From: a virus
Lineage: Duplodnaviria > Caudoviricetes
Reading direction: 5' to 3' (one strand)
DNA length: 34,542 nt
IMG/VR virus record: IMGVR_UViG_3300037634_005735
Coordinates: 1-34,542 of that record
Shown: piece after piece, positions 7,986 to 18,100 of the stretch
How the letters are laid out: each line of letters opens with the position of its first letter
How positions within the stretch are numbered: position 1 is the stretch's first letter
The notes under the pieces: model-generated
Databases searched by the model: none
What the model was told of the DNA's origin: nothing
Seen by the model: the letters and a program-made list of their open reading frames with translations, nothing else
Position numbers and translations under genes: made by a program

Positions 7986-9518
7986 TTAGCTGGTCACGGT
8001 CGGGAACGGGACTCCTGCGTATTGCAGTGCGTGAGTCAGGATAAGGTATCCCGGCCTACGCCCAGCAGCATCTTGCACAGGCTCCTGTCCGAAGACGGAG
8101 GTGACGAAGATGTCCTTCACGAAGCCTCCCTCATGGGAGTCCTCAGAACGCTGGTTGCGATACTTGCCGTATGCACGACGAGCAGCCTGCTTGCCCATGA
8201 GCAAGGTGTGTCCGTAGGGAACTCCATGCTGATTCACAAGGTAGATACTGGCTGTTCCAGCATCGTGGGTTTCGGTGTGGATGTCGCCGTCGAAAGCGGG
8301 AAGCGAATGGAAGTCGCCATCACTGTTATCGCTCGCTTGGAACTTGTCAGCCACGGTCAACAGGTTCCCAGAATTGGCCTCTAATTCGTAGTAGCCGATT
8401 TTGTTCGCGTGGGTAGCCGCGTTGGAGTGGTTCACAACGGCAACAAGAAAGTTCCCGCTACCATACAAGCTGCTTGCGGCAGCCAGAGTGTCAGTTGCAA
8501 GGAACTTGAACGCGAAGAGCGGGAAATACTTGAAATAAGAAGGGGCCGTAAGGGCTCCTGCCGTTTCAGATCCGCCGCCAGCAATTCTAAGGGATGCAAC
8601 GCCAGTAGTGGTGTTGGTCATGAACCCATCGGTGGTCGAGCAACCAAGCTCTGCCTTGGGGTTCAGCGGAGAAGCAATCGCACCGTATCCGTCATGGTCG
8701 ATGGGATTGTATTTCTTGATGATATTGCCCCGGACATCGGAATACCCACCAGCGAAAAGCAGGTTGGAGTAAGCGTCCGGACCAGCCTGTTCGTGAGCGT
8801 CCTTGTAATCGCCGTCCTGCTCAAGAGAGAACAGAGCGTCGGTGGTCGCAACAGTGCAGTAGCGGTTGATCGCGTTGCCGTTCTTGTCGCGTCCCATCTT
8901 CGCAGGGCTCCCGCCAAGGCGAGAAAGCTGCGTATTGGAAGAGACGATGCCGTCCCAGTCAAGGGTGTCAGCACTGAACAGAGCGTCTGAATCAGCTTTG
9001 CTGTTGGCGATGATGTGGTTTGCAGCGCCGCCGTGGTGCAGGAAGCTCATAAACAGCTTCTCGCTCTTATTGCGGCCCATCCACTTGCCAAGCTCGCGGG
9101 GGATGCCTACGGCGATTTCGCCGCGCATTCCCATGAACTCTTCAGCGCGTTCGGTGAAACGAACGCCGTGGCGCATGAAGTCCACGGACAGGGTTGCGGA
9201 GTTGATCTTGATCGACTCAAAAGCATCACCGTCATCGAAAAGCTCATCACCGTGCTTGGGCTCATTGTAGAGACCAGCCATTGTGGTGAACGTAATCTTC
9301 TGACCGCGACCTTTAGTGGTGTCGGTGACCGTTTGCAAGATAGCGTCGTTGCCGCCTTCAAGGGGAGCGAAGAAGTCAGTGGTCTGTTCGTAGACCTCGA
9401 CTCCTTTGCGCCACAACTCTCGGACCGCCCCGGCGTTACCGAATGCGTTTGCTGGGTCGTTGGAAAGGGCGTTGCCGATTCCCTGACCCGTAACATTAGA
9501 TGAATGGAAATCAGCCAT
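7986..9518 (-). CDS. Major capsid protein (N4-gp56/DUF4043-like HK97 fold)
   Basis: 510 aa; ELWRKGV...FFAPLEGG...TDTTKGRGQKITF...GDE pattern; follows the acidic scaffold gene and precedes a strong terminator. Confidence 0.85.
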   Translation of the reverse strand: MADFHSSNVTGQGIGNALSNDPANAFGNAGAVRELWRKGVEVYEQTTDFFAPLEGGNDAILQTVTDTTKGRGQKITFTTMAGLYNEPKHGDELFDDGDAFESIKINSATLSVDFMRHGVRFTERAEEFMGMRGEIAVGIPRELGKWMGRNKSEKLFMSFLHHGGAANHIIANSKADSDALFSADTLDWDGIVSSNTQLSRLGGSPAKMGRDKNGNAINRYCTVATTDALFSLEQDGDYKDAHEQAGPDAYSNLLFAGGYSDVRGNIIKKYNPIDHDGYGAIASPLNPKAELGCSTTDGFMTNTTTGVASLRIAGGGSETAGALTAPSYFKYFPLFAFKFLATDTLAAASSLYGSGNFLVAVVNHSNAATHANKIGYYELEANSGNLLTVADKFQASDNSDGDFHSLPAFDGDIHTETHDAGTASIYLVNQHGVPYGHTLLMGKQAARRAYGKYRNQRSEDSHEGGFVKDIFVTSVFGQEPVQDAAGRRPGYLILTHALQYAGVPFPTVTS

Positions 9519-9576
9519 TGTCTTAGGTGGTTGTTAATTGGGTTGGTTTGAGGACCAACGGCTCACCCCTTCAATA

Positions 9577-10845
9577 TCATTCGGCCAATCCCGACCTGAA
9601 AACCTTGTCTGCTAATTCGTCAAAGTCATCAGGGCTAGTGATTTTCGCCACCTGATCAGAAAGTGTAGCCGCCTGTCCAGTTTGGACGCCAGCAGTGCGC
9701 GAAGCGCCGCTGGCTGCGGGTAGTTGGCCGGGCTTTTCAGTCCTTGGGGGCTGGGGCGAAGGGGATTTCTGCTGAGGCGTAGCTTGCTTTTGCTCTGGAG
9801 GGGCCTTTGGGGGGCCTCCCATATTTGGCGCTATATTAAGCTCCTTTGCGACCATTTGAGCGATCAAAACGGGCTTATTAGCGTCAAAGTAGCGATTATC
9901 GTCAGTGTCCCGAAGGGCCGCGTCGATCTCTGTTGCTCTGGCGTAGAACTCTGATCCTTCGTTTCCGAATTCTGGATAAAGCTCGTTTGCTTTTGCAACT
10001 GCGGAATCAAAAGCATGATCGTGCTCATTTACTGCTGCCGTCGCTTCTTGTTCTTCACGACTGGCGAGCAATTCCATAAGCTCTTCAGTTTCGCCAAGCT
10101 GATCCATTACGTCTGCGGCCTCATCAAGGTCGCCGTCACGGAGTGCTTGGCTATGCTTTTTGCGAAGGTCCTTTAGTTCCTGCTTGGCCTCAGAAAAGGT
10201 TATCTGAGATACCGGGTCGTCCTCTTCTGCCTCTTGAGCGTCGTCTTCTTCAACTGGCTCAATTCGGGCTGTCGGTCTCTCTTCAATGCCTAACCGCTGT
10301 CTTGCAATATCAAGTGCCTGTGAAAGGTTGATCGGTGCATCAGCGGCATCTGCGGCCTTCATTATTCGCAATGCCTCAGCATCCACTTGCTCTGTCGGAC
10401 GTAATCGGAATTGTGGGATTTTCTCCCCCTCCTCTTCTACGTCTTCGGCTCCGTCTGGCTGACTTTCTTCTGCAACTTGCTCTTGCTCAACGGGTTGCTC
10501 TTCTCGTTGCTCTGGCTCTCCCTCCGGGGGGGCCTGCGCCTCCTCCTCATTCGTAGCCGTTTCCTCAGAACCCTGTTCATTTTCGAGGTTCTGCAAGAGT
10601 CCGGGGTTTTGCTCAATCTCGGCCATTAAGGCCTCGTATTCAGCTATGTCCCCGGCATCAGATATCCTGTCTGCCATTGACGGTGTGGCTTGTTCAGCAG
10701 TTTCCTGCTGGCTATCCACCTCGCCCGAACCCCCCAGATCGTCATTCCCGATCTCGGGTGCATTTTCTTGGATGCTTTCAGTGTCTGGGGCGGCTGCCTC
10801 CTCAACTGCTATATTTTCTCCCGAATGGGCCTCTGCCTCACTCAT
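9577..10845 (-). CDS. Capsid scaffolding protein (start MSEAEAH at 10845 preferred)
   Basis: Very acidic, disordered/helical protein immediately upstream of the MCP. The ORF-track start at 10920 would overlap the divergent gene and the AT-rich promoter region. Confidence 0.75.
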   Translation of the reverse strand: MSEAEAHSGENIAVEEAAAPDTESIQENAPEIGNDDLGGSGEVDSQQETAEQATPSMADRISDAGDIAEYEALMAEIEQNPGLLQNLENEQGSEETATNEEEAQAPPEGEPEQREEQPVEQEQVAEESQPDGAEDVEEEGEKIPQFRLRPTEQVDAEALRIMKAADAADAPINLSQALDIARQRLGIEERPTARIEPVEEDDAQEAEEDDPVSQITFSEAKQELKDLRKKHSQALRDGDLDEAADVMDQLGETEELMELLASREEQEATAAVNEHDHAFDSAVAKANELYPEFGNEGSEFYARATEIDAALRDTDDNRYFDANKPVLIAQMVAKELNIAPNMGGPPKAPPEQKQATPQQKSPSPQPPRTEKPGQLPAASGASRTAGVQTGQAATLSDQVAKITSPDDFDELADKVFRSGLAE

Positions 10846-10898
10846 TGTGCTGGGATTTTGGTCTTTATTTGATACTTTGCAAGACTTAAATTGCAATC
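10846..10898. promoter_or_regulatory. AT-rich divergent promoter region with two TTGCAA
   Basis: TTGCAA at 10877 and 10891; plus strand TAAATT(10887-10892)-N6-GTG(10899); minus strand TTGCAA-N16-CAAAAT before the scaffold ATG. Confidence 0.5.
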
Positions 10899-11588
10899 GT
10901 GGCCACTCCAGCAATCCCATCGGCGGAATTTAACTTCCCAAACCTGCTCTCTCCTCCGCCGGGACTGACGGTTGATGAGATGGATGTGGGGCAGGCATTT
11001 ACCCAAAATGCCAACTCCACAAACGAGGGAACAGACAAGCTAAGGTCCCTGTTGATATATTTCCACATGTTTGAAGAGGTGGAACTTGTTGATAATAATG
11101 GCTTTAAGAGGGTTTGCTTGGTTAGGAGAACGGGCAAAGAGGAGGCTCCCACCACATGCTCCTTGGGGACCTTGTTTACCGACCCCACCGATGGCGATAA
11201 GAGATACTTGCAACAGGGGACGGTGAATTCTCTTACCGCTCACACAGTAATTGGCGGGGAGGACACCAGCTTCCACCCAGAGACGAGCAGTTTGTTTGTC
11301 AGGCTAAACATAACAATGGAAACCGAGGGGGAAGGGGAAGATGCCTTTTTCACCGGGTTGTGGGCGGCCAATTCCCCCCCGGAACTGGTTCAAGACGTAT
11401 CCACCCCTATTGATGATGAGATTCGCTCCAGCAAGCCTTCGGACCTTAACATTTACGCCCCCTTGGGGAGATGGGACGAAAACACAAACGGGGATCTGGT
11501 TTGGAGCCCTGAAGGGTGCGGGGCGGTCACCTTCCAGATATGTCTGCTAAACGCCTATTGGGCCCAAGCCCATTACTTTAGGTCATAA
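10899..11588 (+). CDS. Hypothetical, probably structural (acidic, beta-rich) protein
   Basis: 229 aa with protein-like composition; no long minus-strand ORF covers this interval; TAATG coupling to the next gene. Confidence 0.7.
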   Translation: MATPAIPSAEFNFPNLLSPPPGLTVDEMDVGQAFTQNANSTNEGTDKLRSLLIYFHMFEEVELVDNNGFKRVCLVRRTGKEEAPTTCSLGTLFTDPTDGDKRYLQQGTVNSLTAHTVIGGEDTSFHPETSSLFVRLNITMETEGEGEDAFFTGLWAANSPPELVQDVSTPIDDEIRSSKPSDLNIYAPLGRWDENTNGDLVWSPEGCGAVTFQICLLNAYWAQAHYFRS

Positions 11589-12598
11589 TGCCCTACGGGA
11601 CTGAAAGAGAGAGGCTGTCTACTGAGGTCTTCCCAAAAGATGGGTGCATCTGCTGCGCCGGGTTACCCTGCCCTCCGCCAGAATTTTTCATCGAGCAGAC
11701 CGAAGGCCTATACCTTGGGTTTCAGGCCAGCCCGGCGGGATTTGACCCCTCAATAGTCAACGCCATGCCCCCGAGCGGGTTTCGTATGCTTTGGCTGACT
11801 TATGTGAACGGTGTCCACCACGACGGCGAGGTGACCACGACTCCCTCCGGGGGGCCTGCCGTTAGCCACACCAAGACCAATGTGATTGATTATGATCAAT
11901 ACATCTTTTGGCCAGAGGCGATGAGGACCTTGGGAAAGCTGGAAAACCCTACCTCTCCAGAAGCCATCAAGGTTAGCTCTGGATCGGAGGACAATGGGAC
12001 AAGGTCTGGAACTTGGGGAGTGGTGGGCGCGGTCGATCCACCGGACATGGAAAGAGGATATTCCTCTAATGGCACCGGGCTTCTAACCTACTCGTCAGGG
12101 ACGCCTGCCACGGACACTCATGCGGGAACCACCTTTGCCTCAACTGGAAGCACCACGGAATATCGCGCCGCTGTGTCCGATACTGATTTCCTGCAAGTTG
12201 CAACAGTCATAGTAAATCACTCCCCCGGAGGAGGAGGAACTGCATATGCCGGTAAATACACTATTCAAAAGGGCTTCAAAGACCCACTGCCATTCGTTTA
12301 CAGGGTGCGGCTTCCGTTCCCAACTGCCGACAGCCCAATGATGGAGGTCCTCTGGGATGTCGAGTTCAGGGTTGAGGGGGCGGCTGAATACTCCAAGGTG
12401 GGGACAGAAAGCTGGGAGGCAGTTGGGTCTGACGCCTTGAGTCTTGGCCAAGCCTTTATGTGGGAGTATCCAACCCTCGGGGACTTCCGGATCACAAATG
12501 TCCGCTTCAGATGCGGCCCGAGCCAAAGGTTTAAGGATTACGCGGTAGAGACAACAGACGGTCCTATTGCCCTGTCTACAGAAACCGCCTTTGACTAG
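11588..12598 (+). CDS. Hypothetical, probably structural protein with Cys-rich N-terminus
   Basis: 336 aa, GCICCAGLPCPPP near the N-terminus, Thr/Gly/Ser-rich beta strands; its TAG shares the CTAG at 12595-12598 with the convergent gene. Confidence 0.7.
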   Translation: MPYGTERERLSTEVFPKDGCICCAGLPCPPPEFFIEQTEGLYLGFQASPAGFDPSIVNAMPPSGFRMLWLTYVNGVHHDGEVTTTPSGGPAVSHTKTNVIDYDQYIFWPEAMRTLGKLENPTSPEAIKVSSGSEDNGTRSGTWGVVGAVDPPDMERGYSSNGTGLLTYSSGTPATDTHAGTTFASTGSTTEYRAAVSDTDFLQVATVIVNHSPGGGGTAYAGKYTIQKGFKDPLPFVYRVRLPFPTADSPMMEVLWDVEFRVEGAAEYSKVGTESWEAVGSDALSLGQAFMWEYPTLGDFRITNVRFRCGPSQRFKDYAVETTDGPIALSTETAFD

Positions 12599-12882
12599 GA
12601 GAGCTTGGCAGCCACTACGGCTCGCATGATCTTCCCTGATCTAGCCTCACTGTAGGCCCGGTATCCCAAGACCTCGTCGCAAGCCTTTATGACTCCCCTG
12701 TTTAGCTGGGTGGTCAACTGGTCACTATCCGGGTCGTTGACAATGGACTGCGCCTCGTCCCTCCTCTTTTGGATCATGGGAATAAAGTGGTCACTCCACC
12801 CTTCCTCCCTGCACATCCTCTCTACTCTCTCACCTACCTTCTGGGCGCGGTCATACTCTTGCTTCTCTTTGTCGATGCTCAT
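12595..12882 (-). CDS. Small helical post-portal protein
   Basis: 95 aa; ATGA overlap with the portal stop; W...R...RGVIKACDEVL pattern and position typical of podovirus post-portal genes. Confidence 0.7.
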   Translation of the reverse strand: MSIDKEKQEYDRAQKVGERVERMCREEGWSDHFIPMIQKRRDEAQSIVNDPDSDQLTTQLNRGVIKACDEVLGYRAYSEARSGKIMRAVVAAKLS

Positions 12883-15131
12883 ACTACAGGAGGCTGCTGT
12901 CCGGGCATATTATCCTGCGTGTTTATGGCCTGAGGATTTCCGCTCCCTCCGGAGGGAGTGCCTTGTGGGGGAATCTGGAAGCCGGGCTGGATAATCTCGT
13001 CCACATGGGAAACCTGCATTGCCTTTAGCATCTGACGGTAAAGCTGGGCGGTGCGAACCTGTAATTCTGGGGGGAGAGAATAAAACTCAATAACCTTGGC
13101 GCTGGCCTGCTGCGCCTGAACAAGCTCCTGCTCATTCTTGTATCTGGTCATCTCTAGGCGCACATCCATGTCCACCTGCTTATCGACGTTCTCTGGGCCG
13201 AATTGCAGCATTTGCGCCGCCTCGTCCTCTGTATACATGAATGCCTCCCGCACATCGAGATAGGCAAGGGTGTATACGCAGAACTGCTTGAGGAGGTCCT
13301 CTAGGCCATCTTGCAACTGGCTGAGGTAGATGGAGAACATCTCCTGACCGGATCTCTCGATATTCTTGACCCCGGTAGCCAGTTTGGCCGTATCCATCCC
13401 GAGCATGGCGGCATCGTTCACATGAGAAACTCCGCTCATGTTGATTGCAACCTGCATGAAGAACTCGATCTCCTTGTAGATTTCCCGGCCCTTAACGTCA
13501 TAGAGCGGGATGACCTTGAGGATGGTCTCTGGGTCGATGTTACCCTTGGGGGTGTATGTCCTGCCGCCATTAAGCTCCAAGTGGGGGTTCTCTTCTCCCT
13601 CCAGAGTAAGCTCAGGGTTCCAGAAGATGACATTCCCAGAGCGGGACTGAGAGTGGTTCCACCTGTTGACCAAGAGGTCCACTACTTCTTGCAAGGGCTG
13701 GAACACCTCCATGGTGCCTATCCCGTGCCAGCGCCCCTCTACCCGGTTTACCCGGGTGACATTAAACGGCCTGCGGCCATCAGGGGTCCGGTTTGCAACA
13801 TAGTCGTAGAACAAGGGCCTCCGGTTCTTCTTGTCCAGCATGATGACGATGTCCTCCTGAACGCCGTCTTCGTCCGCATCAAAATGGATGTAGACCTCAG
13901 CAATCTCCACGACTGGCTCTCCCTCTAGCCCCGTGTCCGTTTTCCTGTTGTCGTCTTCGGAGTTGACCTTGTCGTGCCCCGAGCTTTCCCCGAGTTCTGG
14001 CCTCTCCTTAGTCCCGAATGCTTTCCTGTTGTCGTCAATGCGAACAAGCTCTTGCAACGACTCGAAAATCTTGGTGGCCGTCTCCCTAGTGGTCTCACCC
14101 TCATTATCTAGGGCCGAAACATAAAGGGACGCGATTTCGATTGCTGGCTTGTCATACAGGTGGACGCATATGTCGGCCTCTCCAAGGCTTGGCGCGTCGA
14201 GGGGGGCTAAGAAGTCCTTGTAGTAAATAGGCTTGGACTCTGCCCCCCGATACTGGACCTTCTGCCTTGGGACAATCTGCACCTCAAACCTGAGCATTTC
14301 CGGGCTTTCAAGCCCCTCTGGAAGCTGTGTTTCGCCATCCCTAACCAGAATCCAAATGGGATCGCTTACCACCCCGGGGTCCTGCTCGCTCTGGGTCGCC
14401 ACTTGGGCCCACTGGTCATCCTCATAGATGTAGTCGGCATCTGCTGCCACAAAGGGAACACCCGCCGAGTCCACCGCGATAGAGGCCTCTTTGTTGAATT
14501 GGGTCCACTCTTGGCGGTAAATGGTTTTGGAGACCGTCTCCCCCCTGATGATAGCTCCCTCGACGGCGGCCATAATAGCCCCCTTGAGGTCGGCCTCCTT
14601 GGCCTTATACTTGCAATACTTGTCTGTTACGTCCGCAGGCTCTTCATCGCTTTTGCTCACCGGGTAGGCCCCGAACCATGGCTCGGTCCCAAGGAAGTAG
14701 CTAACGGCGCGGGAAATCTGTTGTTGGGCAATCCTCCTAGACAAGGGAACCGTGAGGTTGGATTCAGCGAAAATCCCCCCGACCAAGTATGCCCTCCAGT
14801 CGATCTGGTTATGGAAGGTCATCTCGTAAAGCTGCCTTTTGCCCATAAAGGACCCAGCGGCCTGCTTTACCGTGTCGTCGTGCCCCCTGCCATACCAGCT
14901 CGCTTGCGACGTTGACCCGCGACCAAGCTCATTCTCAAGGGTAGAGATCCTAGCCATGGCGTGAGTGATCAGGCGGTCCTCCTGCCGCGCAGTAAGTTGC
15001 AACGGGCTGCTAAAGACAACCTTGGGCTTCTCCTTTTCCCCGGCGTTCAGGGGTGGCTTAGGGGCGGTAATCACCTTCTCGGCAACCGCCTGAACTTGGC
15101 TTATGGCGCCAGATTGTCCTTCTTCACTCAT
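12879..15131 (-). CDS. Portal protein (P22-like podovirus type)
   Basis: 750 aa; RRPFNVTRVNRVEGRWHGIGTMEVFQPLQEVVDLLVN, DTAKLATGVKNI and a Q/P-rich C-terminus; upstream of scaffold and MCP. Confidence 0.85.
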   Translation of the reverse strand: MSEEGQSGAISQVQAVAEKVITAPKPPLNAGEKEKPKVVFSSPLQLTARQEDRLITHAMARISTLENELGRGSTSQASWYGRGHDDTVKQAAGSFMGKRQLYEMTFHNQIDWRAYLVGGIFAESNLTVPLSRRIAQQQISRAVSYFLGTEPWFGAYPVSKSDEEPADVTDKYCKYKAKEADLKGAIMAAVEGAIIRGETVSKTIYRQEWTQFNKEASIAVDSAGVPFVAADADYIYEDDQWAQVATQSEQDPGVVSDPIWILVRDGETQLPEGLESPEMLRFEVQIVPRQKVQYRGAESKPIYYKDFLAPLDAPSLGEADICVHLYDKPAIEIASLYVSALDNEGETTRETATKIFESLQELVRIDDNRKAFGTKERPELGESSGHDKVNSEDDNRKTDTGLEGEPVVEIAEVYIHFDADEDGVQEDIVIMLDKKNRRPLFYDYVANRTPDGRRPFNVTRVNRVEGRWHGIGTMEVFQPLQEVVDLLVNRWNHSQSRSGNVIFWNPELTLEGEENPHLELNGGRTYTPKGNIDPETILKVIPLYDVKGREIYKEIEFFMQVAINMSGVSHVNDAAMLGMDTAKLATGVKNIERSGQEMFSIYLSQLQDGLEDLLKQFCVYTLAYLDVREAFMYTEDEAAQMLQFGPENVDKQVDMDVRLEMTRYKNEQELVQAQQASAKVIEFYSLPPELQVRTAQLYRQMLKAMQVSHVDEIIQPGFQIPPQGTPSGGSGNPQAINTQDNMPGQQPPVV
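12943..12958. repeat. CCCTCCGGAGGG palindrome, copy 3
   Basis: CTCCCTCCGGAGGGAG, 16-bp perfect palindrome in the portal's disordered tail (TPSGGS). Confidence 0.9.
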
Positions 15132-18100
15132 CGCTTATCCTTGAGTTTTTTGTTGAATGTCTTTCTTGCCTCTAATTGGAAGTCGATGTTGCCGTAGGCG
15201 ATTCCTCTTGCCGTATCGCTGGCTCTCCTCCGGGCCTTCGAGATGTCGCCAGCAGTTCTAACGGAAATTTGCTCCTCTTGCCAGACCCTTTGATAGGCTC
15301 GTTGGAAGATGTCATATTGCAACGAAGTCATCTTGTGCTTCTGCTTGAGCCCGGTCGCCTCGTCAGTGTAGACGTATGCATTGCTGACACGGGAAGGCAT
15401 TATAAGGTCCTCCCTGTAGGGCTCCAACTTCCTCCCTCTGTTGATCATTTGGTCGTAATACTTGGGAGTGTAGGGCTGCTGCCTTGTAATCCACGAACCA
15501 AATCCCCGGGGCCTCTTGAGAAGGTCTCCATATGCGTCCCTTTGTGATCCGGGGGCAAATTTGTTTCTAGGCAGGTCTATGCCAAGCACCTTGCTGTCCA
15601 TGCTGGGATACATCTCGTAGAGAAGAAGTTTCCAGACGGGGTTGGCGTCTCCAAGAGAAAGCCTAGCATCGTATGTAAGGTTCCCATCCCTAATAGGCTG
15701 CCTGAACACGTTGGGGATTAGGAATGTCGCAAATTGCCTCGCGGCCCATTTCTCAGCAGAGATTTTGCCACTAGCTATGCCGAAGGCGTCATTCATCCCC
15801 CTCAGCGAAGTTTTGTCTGTTAGCTGGCCAAAAAGAGTGTCCGTGAATAGTTCGTATCCGGCTTCAGCTATGTTGCGCTCTTTTCTGCCAAGCCTCTTAA
15901 ATGTCTTCACCCAGTCTACTGTGGTCCCTAGGGTTATGGCCAACGGATCAATTCGCCCATAGTCGAAGGTGACTCCCTCCTCCCCCTCCGGAGTAACCAT
16001 CTCCCCTATCGGGATAGCGCCAAACAGCAATGTCGCATCTCTTTTTATCCGAATCTTAAACGGACCCAGCCCGGCCCTGATGGCCGCCTCCCTCTCTGCT
16101 GGAGCGCCCTTTGTGAACTTGGGCATGGAGCCAGTAATCAGAATTGGCTTCTCCTCGTCATCTTCATCCCCTTCAAACATCGCCAAGATTGCTGCTGCCA
16201 AAACGGTCGAAAGAAGCTGCTGGGATAATTTCCTGATGGATTCTGCCGCCTTGGGGTCTGGGTTTCCTCGGTTTTTGGCTAGATACTGACTGAGCTTAAA
16301 TGAGTGGTAGGCTACTGAGAAGGGGTTGGGGATTCTCGCATACCCCTCTCGGACAAGGTTGGCCAACACCCTTGCAAATGGAATTATTGTAATGCGGGTC
16401 ATCCCGAGAGCGATTCGCAAGGAGTCCATCTTCGCAACCTCGGTAAGTCTTATCAGGCCGGATTCTGTGACCCTTGAAACTTCCTTGGATGCCCTCAGGC
16501 CCTTCTCTGCGTTTTTGACTTTCTGATCAATTGCGTTAATTGCATAAGCAACCGCATCTCCCACAGACGCCTGTGCCCCTGTAAGATCAGATGGGAGGTC
16601 CTTGGTGAAGACAGAAACATTGGCTTCTTCTGCCGCGAGCGTCCAACTAGAGGAGCCGGGGACGGTCATCTCCCTGTGGATGAACTGCTCTAGTTCAGCG
16701 CCCTCAAGGCCTTTTCCAGTGCCCACCCTATAGGCGATTCCGCCCACATGGGAGCCTGCGACAACGAACCTCATAAACTCGTCCACTCCCATGTTGAACC
16801 TAAGGATGTTTCTCCCGAAACCGCCAAAGCTGACCTTCCTTTTAGCGCCCTTTTCCCCCAAGGCTCTTCTGGTCAGGGCTGGTCTTTCCCACTGTTTCCC
16901 AAACATTTTTTCTAGGCCCTGATCGACATAGTCGAGCAAGTGGCCCATTTGGTAGCCACGCACCTCTTCGTGGGTTTCCCCCCTGTATTCCCCTCCCTCA
17001 ACGCCGCCTTTTACGAAGGAGTTGAAATAAGCTGTCTCGGTGTCGTAAGCGAGGAATCCTTGGTATATCGCCATGCCAAGATAGGTCTTCATCCCCCTTG
17101 CGATATACTTGAACTCTCCCATCTTGGCCGCCTCCGGGTGCTTTGCCAACTTGTTCAAAAGAGACTCTGCCGCCTGCTCCCCAATCATCCTGTATCCCGC
17201 GAAGGGGACGGACATAAGGTTCACAAGAACAGTTTTGGCCGAGAACACGTTCCCATACCAAGACCCGAACGTCCGCGTCACATAGTCAATGTCAATGTCA
17301 TCAAGGGATCTGAAGGCGGCCTGAACGTGTATTGGGTTGTTTACATTAAATCCTTTTTGGGCGAGGGCCTTCACGGACGCCTTAAATGATCGGTCTAGGA
17401 CCTTATTGACATCCTGATCGGTTCCGGGCTCCGCCTTTCCGGACAGGGGGGTGCCGCTTGCAAAGGACCCCATGTTGTTCTCGTTATATCCGCGCTTAAC
17501 CAGCTCTCTCACCTTGGGCTCCAGAAGACCTCTGAACTTCTCCATGGCCCTTCTTTGCCCGGCCTTAGAGACGCCAGTCGCCGCCTCAATGGCCGCTGCA
17601 TCAGCCCCCTCTCTGGCCATTTGCACGACCTTCCGGAATTTGGGGGTTAGCTCTCCAAGGGCCGCCTGATCGGTGGTCGTCCCAATTGCGACCCCGTCAT
17701 TGGAGGAGTTGAATATTTCCTCTACAGACATGCCGTCACGACTAAGGACCCGCTTGGATTGCTCCAGCCTGTTGCGTTGCAACTTTTTCAGGTCCTCATC
17801 AAAGGCCGCTTTGCTGGACTTGGGGACACTATACCCCGCGTCCTTCTTTCCCCCGTGCTTCTTTCTTAGGGCCTGCATCTGACCCGGGGGCACCGTATTC
17901 ATCGCCATGCCAAGTGCATACGCCGCTCTTTGTGCCGGGGTCTGGAACGGGTCCCTCATCGAGGTCATCGTTCTTGCAATTTCGCCTCGCAGCTCTTGCA
18001 AGGCGTGGGCAAAGGCCATCACCTTGTCAATTTCAGCTTGGTTTCCAGATGTCAGTGCTTTCTGGAAGTCATCTGCCAGAACCTGCATCGAGGCTATTTG

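Noticed and set aside
10877-10910. TTGCA as a sigma54 -12 element
   Set aside because: No correctly spaced TGGCAC (-24) box at the intergenic copies I checked.
10846-10920. Scaffold N-terminal extension to 10920
   Set aside because: It crosses the AT-rich divergent promoter and overlaps the plus-strand gene; ATG 10845 has the typical ACAATG context.
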